From Pristiophorus japonicus (taxonomy: Eukaryota), in the NCBI RefSeq assembly GCF_044704955.1, contig NC_092007.1, positions 4,960,001 through 5,024,000 on the forward strand: DNA of 64,000 nt, read 5' to 3'. Below, one piece after another: positions 1-11,500 of this stretch; the stretch's first letter is position 1; every line of letters starts with the position of its first letter. The notes under the pieces are model-generated. The model worked only from the letters and a program-made list of their open reading frames with translations. It was not told where the DNA came from and ran no database searches. A program made the translations under genes and the position numbers.

Positions 1-849
1 TGGATAGACGGGGGTTGTATTCTTTTGAATTGAGAAGGCTAATAGGAGATTTTATTGAAGTGAATAAAGTTATGAGGGACCTCGACGGATTCAATAGGAC
101 TTTTGAACTTCCCAGGCGTCCAAAACACTGTAGAACCCCAGGAATTGTTGAAAAGACATCAACCTGCCAGTCGCTATCTGTAGGTGAAGATATCAGTGAA
201 CATTCTGTGTAATGAGTTCATCAGAATTTAAAACGAGCCAAAATGAAGCACAATAGTAAAGCGAGAAGAGGAAAGTCTTGACGGGACAAAAGAGGCCCAC
301 ATTACAGGATGGGGATCACGTACTTACTATCCGGTTCATACAAGGCTGTTAGAGCATATAAAGTTTCATCGTGCAGCGAATGGAAATGCACTATAACAAC
401 TGATGCTGTGCAAACAGTAAGATGCATGGACATTTTCCAAAACGAACACCCCGTGAGGCACTCTGATTGTGACTATTAAATTATATTATAGGATGTATAC
501 CCACTTAGCTGGATATGCTGTCTGCAGCAGAGCCAATTTCGTGGACTATCTCCGGGTTCATCAATTCAGGAAAGGGAGTGCCACCTTCTCGGGAGTGCCC
601 TGTGAATATGCCACTCTCTCACCGGTATTAAATAATTGGATGAGGATCAGTGAAAGTGAGCTTCACACCGGCAAGTTGCAACATCCGTGGAACCAAGAAA
701 CAATGCTGTTTAAATTGTTCTACTGAAATTCGGGGCTGACACTAACTGTGGGGTGTAAGGAATGGTTGCTGCATTTGGGGAGTGTGGACGACAGGGCTGT
801 GCACCGGCAGATTAATGATTACAGTCATACACAGCTCTGATCATGATAT

Positions 850-1200
850 TACAAAAAAGAGCATGAACTAATTGTCGAAGGTGCAACAAAGATTTCCACG
901 AATTATACAAGAAATGATAGGATATTAACAGCAGCGAAGTCCGAACGGTCTGAAACTCTTGTCTCCACAAAAAAGAAGGCGGAGGGACGCCCTAATGGAG
1001 GACTTTAAAATTATGAAGGGGTTTGATAGGATAGAGAGAGAGAAAATGTTTCCACTCGTAAGGAGATAAAAACGAGAGTTCATCGACATCTGATAATCTC
1101 TAAGAAATACAACATGGAAATTCAAGAGAATAATTTTTTTAACCGAGCGAGTGATTTTACTTCGGAACTTGCTACTAAATGGACTGATTGAGGCTCAAAA
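850..1200 (+). mobile_element. CR1-like LINE 3' fragment, degraded
   Basis: RRRRDALMEDFKIMKGFDRI-type ORF2 C-terminal remnant. Confidence 0.7.
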
Positions 1201-1284
1201 TATAATGATGAATTCAGTAAAGTTTGTTCTGATCCAGCTCATGGATTGGATTTAGTGACTGGTGTAAATATATATGTAGAAAAA

Positions 1285-2033
1285 TTGCTAAGTGCTGAAG
1301 TACAGAGGGATCTGGGGGTCCTTGTGCATGAAACACAAATGTTTAGTTTACAGGTACAGGAGGTAACTAGGAATGCAAATGAAATGTTGGCCTTTATTGT
1401 AAGGGGGATAGAGTATAAAACCAGAGAAGTCCTGCTACATCTGTATAGGATGTTGTCGAGGCAGCACCTAAAGTACTGCGTTCAATTTTAGTCTCCGTAT
1501 TTAAGGAAGGATATACTTGTATTCGAGAATGTTCAGAGAGTATTCATTAGGTTGATTCCGGCGATGAGGGGATGGACATATGATGACAGGTTGAATAATC
1601 TGGCCCTATGCACAATGGCGTTCAGAAGAATGAACGGTGATCTTATAGAAACATGTAAGATAATGAGGCGGCACTACAAGGTGGATGCAGAGAGGATTTT
1701 CCACATAGGGAAAATTAACCTTGGGGTAATTGACTCAGAATAAGAGGCCGCCTATTTAAAACTAAGATGAGGAGGAATTTCTTCTCTCAGAGGGTTGTAC
1801 ATCTATGGAATTCTCTGCCCCAGAGAGATTTGGAGGCTAATCATTGAATGTATTAAAGGCAGAGATAGACAGATTTTTGAGCGATAAGGGAATATTGGCT
1901 TATGGGGAGCGCGCCGGGAAGTGGAGCGGAGTCCATGATCAGATCAGCCATGATGTTAGTAAAAAGGCGGAGCAGGCTCGAGGGGCGAAATGACCTACAC
2001 TTTCTCCTTTTTCTTATGTTCTTATGTTCTTAT
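1285..2033 (+). mobile_element. CR1-like LINE 3' fragment with microsatellite tail
   Basis: QRDLGVLVH..ANEMLAFI..YCVQF..RRMNGDLIE; ends in (TTCTTATG)n. Confidence 0.85.
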
Positions 2034-3169
2034 CAACAGCTGACATGGGAAAGAGAGAAGACAAGAGAAACAAGAGAAACAGAAACATTCGGGGCAGGGT
2101 TTACGATTTGAAAATTTGGAACTCGATGTTGAGTACAGAAGGCTCTGAAAATTCCTTAAGCTTAATTGGAATAGTGCAGCAGGCCGATGACGGAGAGGTC
2201 AGAGTGGGAGTGGAGTGGAGAATTAAAGTGACAGACAACCGGAAGTTCTGAATCACATTTGCAGACTGATTGGACTGTGGATGGACATCTCTGTTTAACG
2301 CGGAATTACTGGCTCGGACACGGTCAGCATAGTATTAAAGGCTCACCAGCAGAGATCTACACCTGCCCCTCATCAGCTATACATGTACAGGAGAGGAAAT
2401 AAAATTTTTGATTCGAATATCTAAACTCGCCTTGTGCGAAAACTGCAACCACATATGTGCACATGCTTATCGGCTTGGCTCCAATGTGCTATTGGCGAGG
2501 CGGTGTGGTCTGTTCTGTAGCCGCTGTATACAGACATGTGGGTTAAACACCTTTGGCAGTTTGGGGCACAACACAAGTCAGAAAGTTCAAAATATAAAAT
2601 AATGTGTCAGTAAACAATTTTGCACGGGTAAACTGACCTTTTTGCAAGTGACTTCAACTATATGAATTAACGCTCTAGCAATATTAAATCTGCTGAAATT
2701 AACTCATGTATATCCTCGTTGCTACAATTACCTGTTCATCATTTTCTAATGTCAGTGCTCGGACTAGGACATGTGTTTATATTCGAGTGTTAATGCTGCA
2801 GGAAGCAAAATGAACATTTTTTAATCTCCATGAGCGAGACCCTTTAAAATTCATCAATATAAATAAATTATGGATCCAATCGGGAAACTCAATCAAACAC
2901 CGTCCAAATTAAGCTTTAGACATCTTTATCGTTATATTGAGAAGCAGAATCATTTCAGATTCGCGCACCCAGCAGGAGATGATTGGGACGTATCTTTGCT
3001 CACATGAAGCTGCGGTCAGGGTTCGACTGCTGTGTTGCATTACAGATCACAGTGAAGTGATTGGAGGAGCCTCGTATAGTTTATTCAGCAAATGTACCAA
3101 CAGTTAGCGTCAGGAACAGAAGCCTTGATCATTATGCCCGTCCCACACAATCGCGATATCTTGTGTATC

Positions 3170-3510
3170 ACAATATATAGTCTCCACACCACCCCCCCAA
3201 AAAAAACATGTGATATTCTGGGAGAGGCGAAAACCGGGTAACAAAAACCCAGGTTAATTTTGGGGGGGAAATTCTAGGAAATTCCTCTCCGACCCATCTA
3301 GTCCAGAAGACCACTCTGGCCTTGACTTCCCTGAACAACGTGGCCCATTGCAAGAGGCAATCTCCGTCGCAGCCAGAAACAGGTCCAGCTCTCGCTTGAA
3401 GAAATTCAGCGAGGCTGAAACCACAACACGAGACTGCAACTTGTTTCAGAGGTCCACTATTCGCTGGGGAATGAACCACCTACAGACATGTAACTTACAT
3501 CTGGCATTAC
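3170..3510 (-). mobile_element. CR1-like LINE 3' end with UTR
   Basis: QRIVDLWNKLQSRVVVSASLNFFKRELDLFL on the minus strand. Confidence 0.7.
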
Positions 3511-3789
3511 ACATCTCGAATTTGCGACCCCTGATTCTCCCTCACCAATATAATTGGAACAAACTCTCACTTGCAACAAAATCTAACACGCAATTATCTT
3601 ATACGGCTGAGTTAGATCCTCTGATATCTATGCATCTCTAAAGTGTGGAGTCCCAGTTCTTTGCGTCAATCTTGATAACTAAAATGATTTAAACTGGGAA
3701 AAAATCTAGTAGCCCTCCTCTGCACTCCTTCCATAACCCAAGTATCTCCCATGCTTTCACCTTTGCCTCAGCTTCTTATTTCACAAACC

Positions 3790-4120
3790 GGTAGTTAATA
3801 TAACAGACATGTCATTGGATTAATAATACAGGGAACGTGAGTTCAAATCCAACCGTGGCAGTCTGAGAATATGTGGTCTGTTTTTTTCTATCTCTGGAAA
3901 TTAAAAAATTCAGTAATAATGATCATGAAGCGAGCAGATTGTCGAAAAAGTCAACTGCTTCACTGATGTCTTTGGGAAGGAAATCTGCCGTCTGATCCGG
4001 TCTGGACTACATGTGCCTCGAGTCCCACATCAGTGTGATTGACTCTCAGCGACTCTCTGAATTAGCCTCGAGAGCCATTCAATTGTTTCAAACTCAGTGC
4101 AGCTACGGATGAGAAATAAA
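3790..4120 (+). mobile_element. tRNA-derived SINE, degraded
   Basis: B-box-like GTTCAAATCC at ~3841; 3' end ctacggatgagaaataaa resembles the LINE tail at ~17520-17542. Confidence 0.6.
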
Positions 4121-4123
4121 ACC

Positions 4124-4733
4124 GAGGCATAGAATATAAGAGCATGGAAGTTAAGTTCGAACTGTATACAACATTAGTTAGGCCACAGCTCGTATACTGC
4201 GTGCAATTCTGGTCACCACCTTACAGGAAAGATGTGCTTGCACCAGAGAGATTGCAGAGAAGATTACGAAGATGTTGCCTGGACTAGAGAATTTTAGCTA
4301 TGAGGAATCATTGGATAGGGTGGGGTTGATTTCTTCTGAACAGTGTCGGCTGAGATGCGATTTAATTGAGGTGTACAAAATTATGACGGTTCTAAACAGA
4401 ATGGATAGAAAGGACATATTTCCCTCAGCAGAGGGGTCAATAACCAGGGGGCATAGATTTAAAGTAGTTAGTAGCAGGATTAGAGGAGAGATGAGGAAAT
4501 ACATTTTCATCCAGTGGATGACGCGAGTCTGGAAATCACGGTCTGCAAGGGTGGTAGACGCAGAGATACTCATGCTATTTTAAAAGGACTTGGATGTGCA
4601 CCAAAAGAGCCGTAACCTACAGTGCTAAGGTCATAGTGCTGGAAGTTGTATAGCTCTTTTTCAACTGGCATGGACATGATGGGACGAATGGACTTCTTCT
4701 GTGTCATAATATTTTAATGATTCTCTGATTTAT
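4124..4733 (+). mobile_element. CR1-like LINE 3' fragment
   Basis: LVRPQLVYCVQFWSP..MLPGLENFSYEESLDRVGL..RLRCDLIEVYKIM. Confidence 0.85.
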
Positions 4734-5065
4734 GAAATGTGTGGTGATTATCACAGATGTGAATTTTAAAAAGATTGTTTGCGGAAATGCGGAGTTGAAA
4801 CATTTAGTATGTGGATTTACCAAAGTCCCACATCCACACATTATAATTCCTTCCCTCTCTGCATGATGTGAAAGAAATCTCAATAAATATAGATGAATGA
4901 CAGTCTGAAGTAGACGAATGGAGGTTAACGTTAAGATGAACGCTTATGACACTGGGCTGAGAGAGGGTACAAAGCTAAGCCAGCCTTCAATAGAGAGGGT
5001 CAACGCTGGGTTATTTAGGAAGATAGAAGTCCTGAATCAAATAACGTTCCAGTTGCAAAAGTTAT

Positions 5066-5071
5066 TTTATT
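5066..5071 (-). terminator. Candidate polyadenylation signal (AATAAA) for copy A
   Basis: TTTATT on + about 265 nt downstream of the stop codon. Confidence 0.4.
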
Positions 5072-5334
5072 AAAGCAGACTTAAAGAGATTAACAGTTAA
5101 ACTGACCATTAAGCTACACAATGTCCGAAGAATGTTTGCAATGGAGACTCGTTGCGTTTGCAAATCGAAATTTCCCGCAAAATAGGTTTTAAAATGTTAG
5201 CAATTACTCTCTGAAAGATGTCCATTATCACAGCACATTCCAAAGTGTGAGTTCCTGTTTTAAATTTTAAAAAACAGTTGTGTTAAGGCATTGAACTGCG
5301 AAATTTTTAAGAATAGTATCAATCCCACTGACTT

Positions 5335-5502
5335 TCAGTGAAATTTAAGTGCGGCGTATTCAGTGGATTCCTCATTCTTCTGATATCTTTCATGTTTGCG
5401 AACTTTTGACACACTGACAGCTGCGTACACGACCTGATCGCTTTGAGCTGATTGGCTGGGTGGAGCCCCTCTTACACCAATATTTCTGGACTTGTCTTGT
5501 CT
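5335..5502 (-). CDS. Copy A exon 8, terminal cytoplasmic exon with ITIM and ITSM-like motif
   Basis: ttctattacag| acceptor; RQDKSRNIGVRGAPPSQSAQSDQVVYAAVSVSKVRKHERYQKNEESTEYAALKFH*. Confidence 0.88.
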   Translation of the reverse strand, partial: RQDKSRNIGVRGAPPSQSAQSDQVVYAAVSVSKVRKHERYQKNEESTEYAALKFH

Positions 5503-8500
5503 CTGTAATAGAAAGTGGCGCGTTAGATATGGAGGTACTGATCCGGTTGAGAGTGCGTTTCCTGTACCAGAATAACCCGCTTTATTCCATTTCTGCCACC
5601 ATTGTGGTGTTCCTACCTAGCGAGTGAAGTATTTCAACTGCTAATACAATACACATCTTATAGTGACAGAGTAAAGCACTACTGCCCACCGTACTTAATG
5701 GATTACATTTACAATGCATCAGGTAATTGCAGGCAATTATGATTTGTAATAGCAAATGAGTACAACGACATGGCGATCCACTCAGGTGGTGTTTGGAGAA
5801 ATGTTAACCTGGACATGTGGAGACATCTCTGTTCTTCTTCCAAAACTGAATGAGATTCCTAAGAGCCACCTGATTTGCTAGATCAGACAGCCAAGAACTT
5901 GGATAAAGATCCAGTCTGAAAGCACTAGATCCTATAATTCTGTCCTTTCTCAATACTGCACCCCAATCACTCACTAGATGAAGGTACAAAATTTTGCATT
6001 TCCACTCACAATCATCTGTTTCAGATGTGTGCCTCACAATAGCAGCGAAACGAACCCCAGTTTACGGGGGAACATTACACTGAACAAGCCCTTCGGGATA
6101 CTGACTGTATCGGAAGCAACAATGGTTTTACACCCCGCCTAATAATATTCTACATTGAAGTAAGTTCTGCTGGGGTGAAATCCGGCATTCCACACGATCC
6201 CGAGAGTTCCCTGTCCGGCCAATTAATGTTACCTCATCTCTTGGCTCAGATTGAGGCACTTAGTCTCTCCCAAAGGCCAGGCAACAATTTATGTCGCTTT
6301 CGGTTGGGAGTCGGTCGAGATCATGAAATAAGGCTTATTTATTGTAAGACTTAAAATCTCCCCACCCTACTTCCACACAGAAACATAAGAGGTATTACAT
6401 CTTGATAGGAAATAAAGGAAGGTCACTTCTTAATTGGAGGGTGCAAGTCTAGCTGGGTAGAGGAAGAAGGGGTTTTCGAAATACAAATGCTAAAACTTGT
6501 GACACAGTTTAGCAAGGCTGTATACAATATGAAAACAAGAAGTAGGGTTTCTTTCTTGAGGTATTGCATTGAATCGTAAGGCAGTTATGCTGAAATGTAA
6601 CGAACCTTGATCAGCCCAAACTTAGAGTACGATATACAATTCTGGTCGCCGAATTTTAAAAAGGATATAGACGCACTGGAGAGCGCACAGAGAAGATTCA
6701 CAAAGAGGATACCAGAAATGCGAGGTTATACATATCTGGAAAGGATCAACATAAGAACATGAGAACATAAGGAATGCGAGCTGGAATACGTCATTTGGCG
6801 GGTTGAACACATGAAGAGGCAGGGTCCCTTTCGTCTTGAAAAAAGCAGGCTGAGGGGTGACCTAATAGAGGTCTGTACAATTTTGAAAGGCTTTATAGAG
6901 TGGATAGAGAGAGAATGTTTCCACTTGTGGGAAAGACTGGAGGAGGGTCGAGTGGAGCAAAAATGCCATAATGAATCGGTAGGACCGATTGGCCTGTTTC
7001 GGCACCGTATAATTTTTTAATCCTTGTCCAGAAACCTCGCAAGGATCAAAGTTGTCCTGCGATAATGATCGGCATGCAAAATCAAAGGAGGAAAATACAG
7101 ATGATCTTTTGGGCCTTTCATTTCCCTCATATTGATATATCTCGTTGATAATTTATATCCTCGGAACTAATGTCATGGGGGACGTGAGTGTGTGCATTGT
7201 TCTGGTAACTGGGTAATGATACTGGGCCTCGATTGTGTTACGTTGTCTTCGATTTCCAAAGCCATCCCCTACAGTGACAATGTCAACATTTACCAGGACA
7301 TGACCTTTGCATTACATCCAGTTATTGGACTGAGGTGCTCATTCCACACTTGAAAATGCTCTGTGAAACACTTCAATATAGCAAGAGTTGATTCGTCAGA
7401 TTTGCATTTAATATGACTCCCAATGATTGCAAATAGAGCAAGTATCTGGCAGATAACTCAAGCGGATGCTGGGCAATTTCCATATCGTCACTTAACTCAG
7501 TGTCCAACGTGTGCTACACCAGAAACTAACTCACCGTATCGCTGTTGGTTGGGACTACACCAGTGGTATCTCTGGTCTTCTTCCTGATACAAAAAGAATA
7601 CAAATAACGCCCATGTCATAACTGCTTAAAATTGAGTTTAATAAATATTCTGGTGTTCTATATTGAACCATGAACCACACAAGTGGCTAGTGTGGCTATC
7701 ATTTACTTATTACATTGAGAGAATTATGGAACCCTACAATGGTTGCAACAAGGAAGGAGGCCATTCAGCCCGTCGAGCCCGTGCCAGATCTTTAAAAGCG
7801 AATTTCAACTAGTCCCACTCCCCCACTCTGTCCCTGTCCTGCTAGCCCTGCATGTATTTTCCTTCAGGTACTTATCCAACTTCCCTTTGAAAGCCGCAAT
7901 TGAGTCTTCCTCCACATCCCTTTCAGGTAATGCATTCCAGAATATAATCACTCGCTGTGTGAAATCTTTCCCTCATGTCGCATTTGAACCTTTTGACAAA
8001 CAACTTAAATCAGCATCCTCTGGTTCTCGACCCGCCCACCAATGGGAGCAGTTTTCCTTTATCTACTCTTGTCCAACTCCTCGTGATTTTGAACAGCTCT
8101 GTAAAATCTCCTTTCAAATTCTGTAAAGTGGGATTAGGCTAGATAGCTCCTTGTCGGCTGGCGTGGATACAATGTGGCTAAATGGACTCCTTCTGTGCTG
8201 TAAATTTCTATGAATCTATGATTATTTGTTTCTCTTCTCTAAGGAGAACAACCCAACTTCTCCAGTCCTTCCACGTAACTGAAGTCCCGCAATCCTGGAA
8301 CCATTCTTGTAAAATCTTTGCTGCACCGTCTCTAAGGCCTTCACATCCTTCGTAAAGTGCGCTGGCCAGAATTGGACACAATGCTACAGTGGAGGCCGAA
8401 CAAGTGTTTTATAAAGGTTCATCATAACTTCCTTGCTTTTGTATGCTTTGCCTCTATTTATCCGGTGATAGACCGGCACAGGGCAGATTATCCTTCCACA

Positions 8501-11500
8501 ATTCCCTAGTTGCCCCACAGAATCACTTGACCAATTTAATCCTGCCTTTCACAAATCTTATCTGAGCTTCAGAGTCAATGTTTTCACGGTTGATTTATTT
8601 GAAGCAATAGTAGCTCATAGGCAGAAATACTGATGTCACGGAACCTATCAGATCTGCAATTAACACAAGAGTTTAAGTAATTATGAACCACACATACCTC
8701 CGTACCTTCAACGCAATCAGCATCAGCAGGAGAACTGTGACGGCTGCGAGTACTGAGATAGCAATTTTCCAGGGAAATGTTCCTAAAAGTAAAAATTACA
8801 CTGCCGTTCATTATTGCTCGAATAGTACATCATCCTATTAGAATAATTTTATCAGCATGTGTAGGCAAGTTTGATAGAAATTTGCAGCTTAATTGTGAGA
8901 GTCTTACTGTTTCTCTCCTTTCCTAAAACTGTAGGACTCAGCCACACAATCAGATGATGGACTATTTGACAATGAACCCAAATCTAACCCTGCAAATTCT
9001 TATCGTCTTTTATTCATTAATGTGAAATGTTCACTGGACACAGAGCGGGCATCATCTGAACTGATTTCTCCTTCCATAAAAAAGCACAGAATTTATCCTC
9101 ATATTGATCTGTCCCTTGTGTAAATTGTAAATAAATTATTTAAGATTTATTTCCGATAGTTACGTTCCTAAGAGAAAGAAATGCATAGAAACAAACCCCT
9201 GTACACAGCTCAGCCTCGGTCAGACATGTTGAATCATGTCATGCCAATATTTGGTGTTTAATATTATGAGCGGATGAGATAGCGTGGATAGGAAGGACCT
9301 ATTTCCCTTAGCTGAATGGTCAAGAAGCAGGGGGCACAGAATTATAATAATTGGAAGAGGGTTTAGAGAGATGTTGAGAAGCATTTGTTTCATCGAGAGG
9401 GTGGTGGGGGTCTGGAACTCACTGCATGAAATGTTGGTAGAAGCAGAAACCTCACCGCATTTAAAAATACTTGGATCGGCACTTGTAACGATACCGAGAT
9501 CTGGGAATTGCGATTAGGCTGGATGGTTCTTTGTCCACCGGCACAGTCACGATCGGCCGAATAGCCTCCTACTGTGTCCCATTTTTCTATGATTGTAATT
9601 GAGATGTGCTACAAATTATTATCATCGGAAGTTAAGGAACTGGTGACTCCTCTTCATACGATGCACTTTTTGTACTACAAGGGAACCATCCACCTTGAAA
9701 CATGTCATTTAAGTTCTGACTTAACATATGTCTCCAGGTATAACCCAGAGAGTGTATCTATATCCTCACTATACACTCAGACCTGTTCGCTTGCGTTTGG
9801 AAATTTGATGTTATGCTCGAATCTGTTCTTCCAATTATCTCAGATATCGCGACTCTATTTTCACAATGAAACCACATTATTGTTTTCTCAGAGAAAATGC
9901 AGGATACCAATTTCAGTGATAGCATCAACTAATTGCAAGATCTGCACAGTGGAGTTTTATGAACAAGATATAACGGAGCATGTATTAATTGATTGAGAGA
10001 CTGCAGCTGGCTACCATTACAATGTGAGGAAGCAAGACCTCGGAAAGTTTATAATGAATTCAGAAGGTCCCGATTTTTCAAAGAACGCACCTTACCTTTA
10101 CAGTTTAATATTAACCTCTATCTTTCTTTAGAAGCACAGTGCGACAAGAAATGAATGCATACAGTCAGTGATTAAATTTAACATTATTACAACAAAAGTG
10201 AGATGGCAGTCAGTCATGAACCAGACCCTTATGCGACTGAATTTAGCAATGGATTCAGTCCTCAATCATAGATCAGTGAGAGATTATAACGTCAAATGGA
10301 ACTGGATTTTGATGACACTACCTCCACTCGCTTAGTATCTAGCCAGTGATGCAACAAACCAGCGACAGTAATGAAATGGCAGCATATCTCAACACTCACC
10401 TGTTGAATAGAACTGATATTTGCCGACACTAACGCCATGTTCGTTCCCTGCAACACAGGAGAAGTGGTGTCCTGTACCAGTTGGGTTAGTCAGTGTCAGA
10501 GAGCTCTGCACCAGGGAAGTATTCACTGCCTGTGTGGTGACTCCGAGACCTGGCATGTTTCCAGTGATGTTTCTTCCATTGACGCTCCATGTGATGTTTG
10601 CCGGGGGCTTGGCTCTTACACTGCACGTACAATGAAACCCACTCTCAGATGTGGTGCAGGTCGGGCCCCATACCATGGTGGGTTTAACTGAAAAAATAGA
10701 GTGTTCCACTTAAGATCTTTTTAATCATGCAGTTGCATTGTACAAATTGAATCAATTGGCGCTATTTGGAGAAGCATAGGAGTGAATGCAAGGCCGGCAT
10801 TAACAACAATAATAATAACTTGCATTTCAACTTGCATTCCACTCTCCAGTTCTGACGAAAGGTCATCGCTCTGAAACGTTAACTCTGCCTTCTCTGCAAA
10901 GATGCTACCTGACCTGCTGAGATTTCCAGCTTTTCTGATTTTATTCCAGATTGTAGCATCCGCAGTATTTTGCTTTATAAATTTACAATTATATAGCGCC
11001 GCTAACGTCGCAAAAACTCCCAATGAGCTTCAGAAGTTTACAGAAGACTACATCGGATGTATGGCACAAAAACGGTACATTTGGATCCAACACTCCATGC
11101 CTGAGTTAATGTTCCACTCGAGCCGCCTCCCGTCTTTCCTCACCTAAAGCTATCAGCATAACGCTCTATTCCCTTAACCTTCATACGCTTTTTCAACATC
11201 ACTTTACATGCATCTGTTCCATCAGCTTCAACCACTCGCTGTAAAGAAGTTCCTTCTGAATTCCCTATTGCATATATCTTTTTGTCTACCCTATAAAAAC
11301 CTTTCGTCATTTTAAAGATGTCAATTAGATCACTCCTCAGCCTTCTATTTTCAAGTGAAAAAAGACCCCAAAGAGCGTTAGCAAACAACATTTGATACGG
11401 ATCATTCCTGTACCGTTACAAATTTAATTGGCTCACATCACACTTACATTGTACAGAAATCTGTGTGGATCTGTTGGCGGTGCTCAGGTTATTTTCAGCC

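Noticed and set aside
5804-6037. Possible extra cytoplasmic exon of copy A (GTGAGT donor-like sites)
   Set aside because: No convincing acceptor; exons 7 and 8 already join in phase without it
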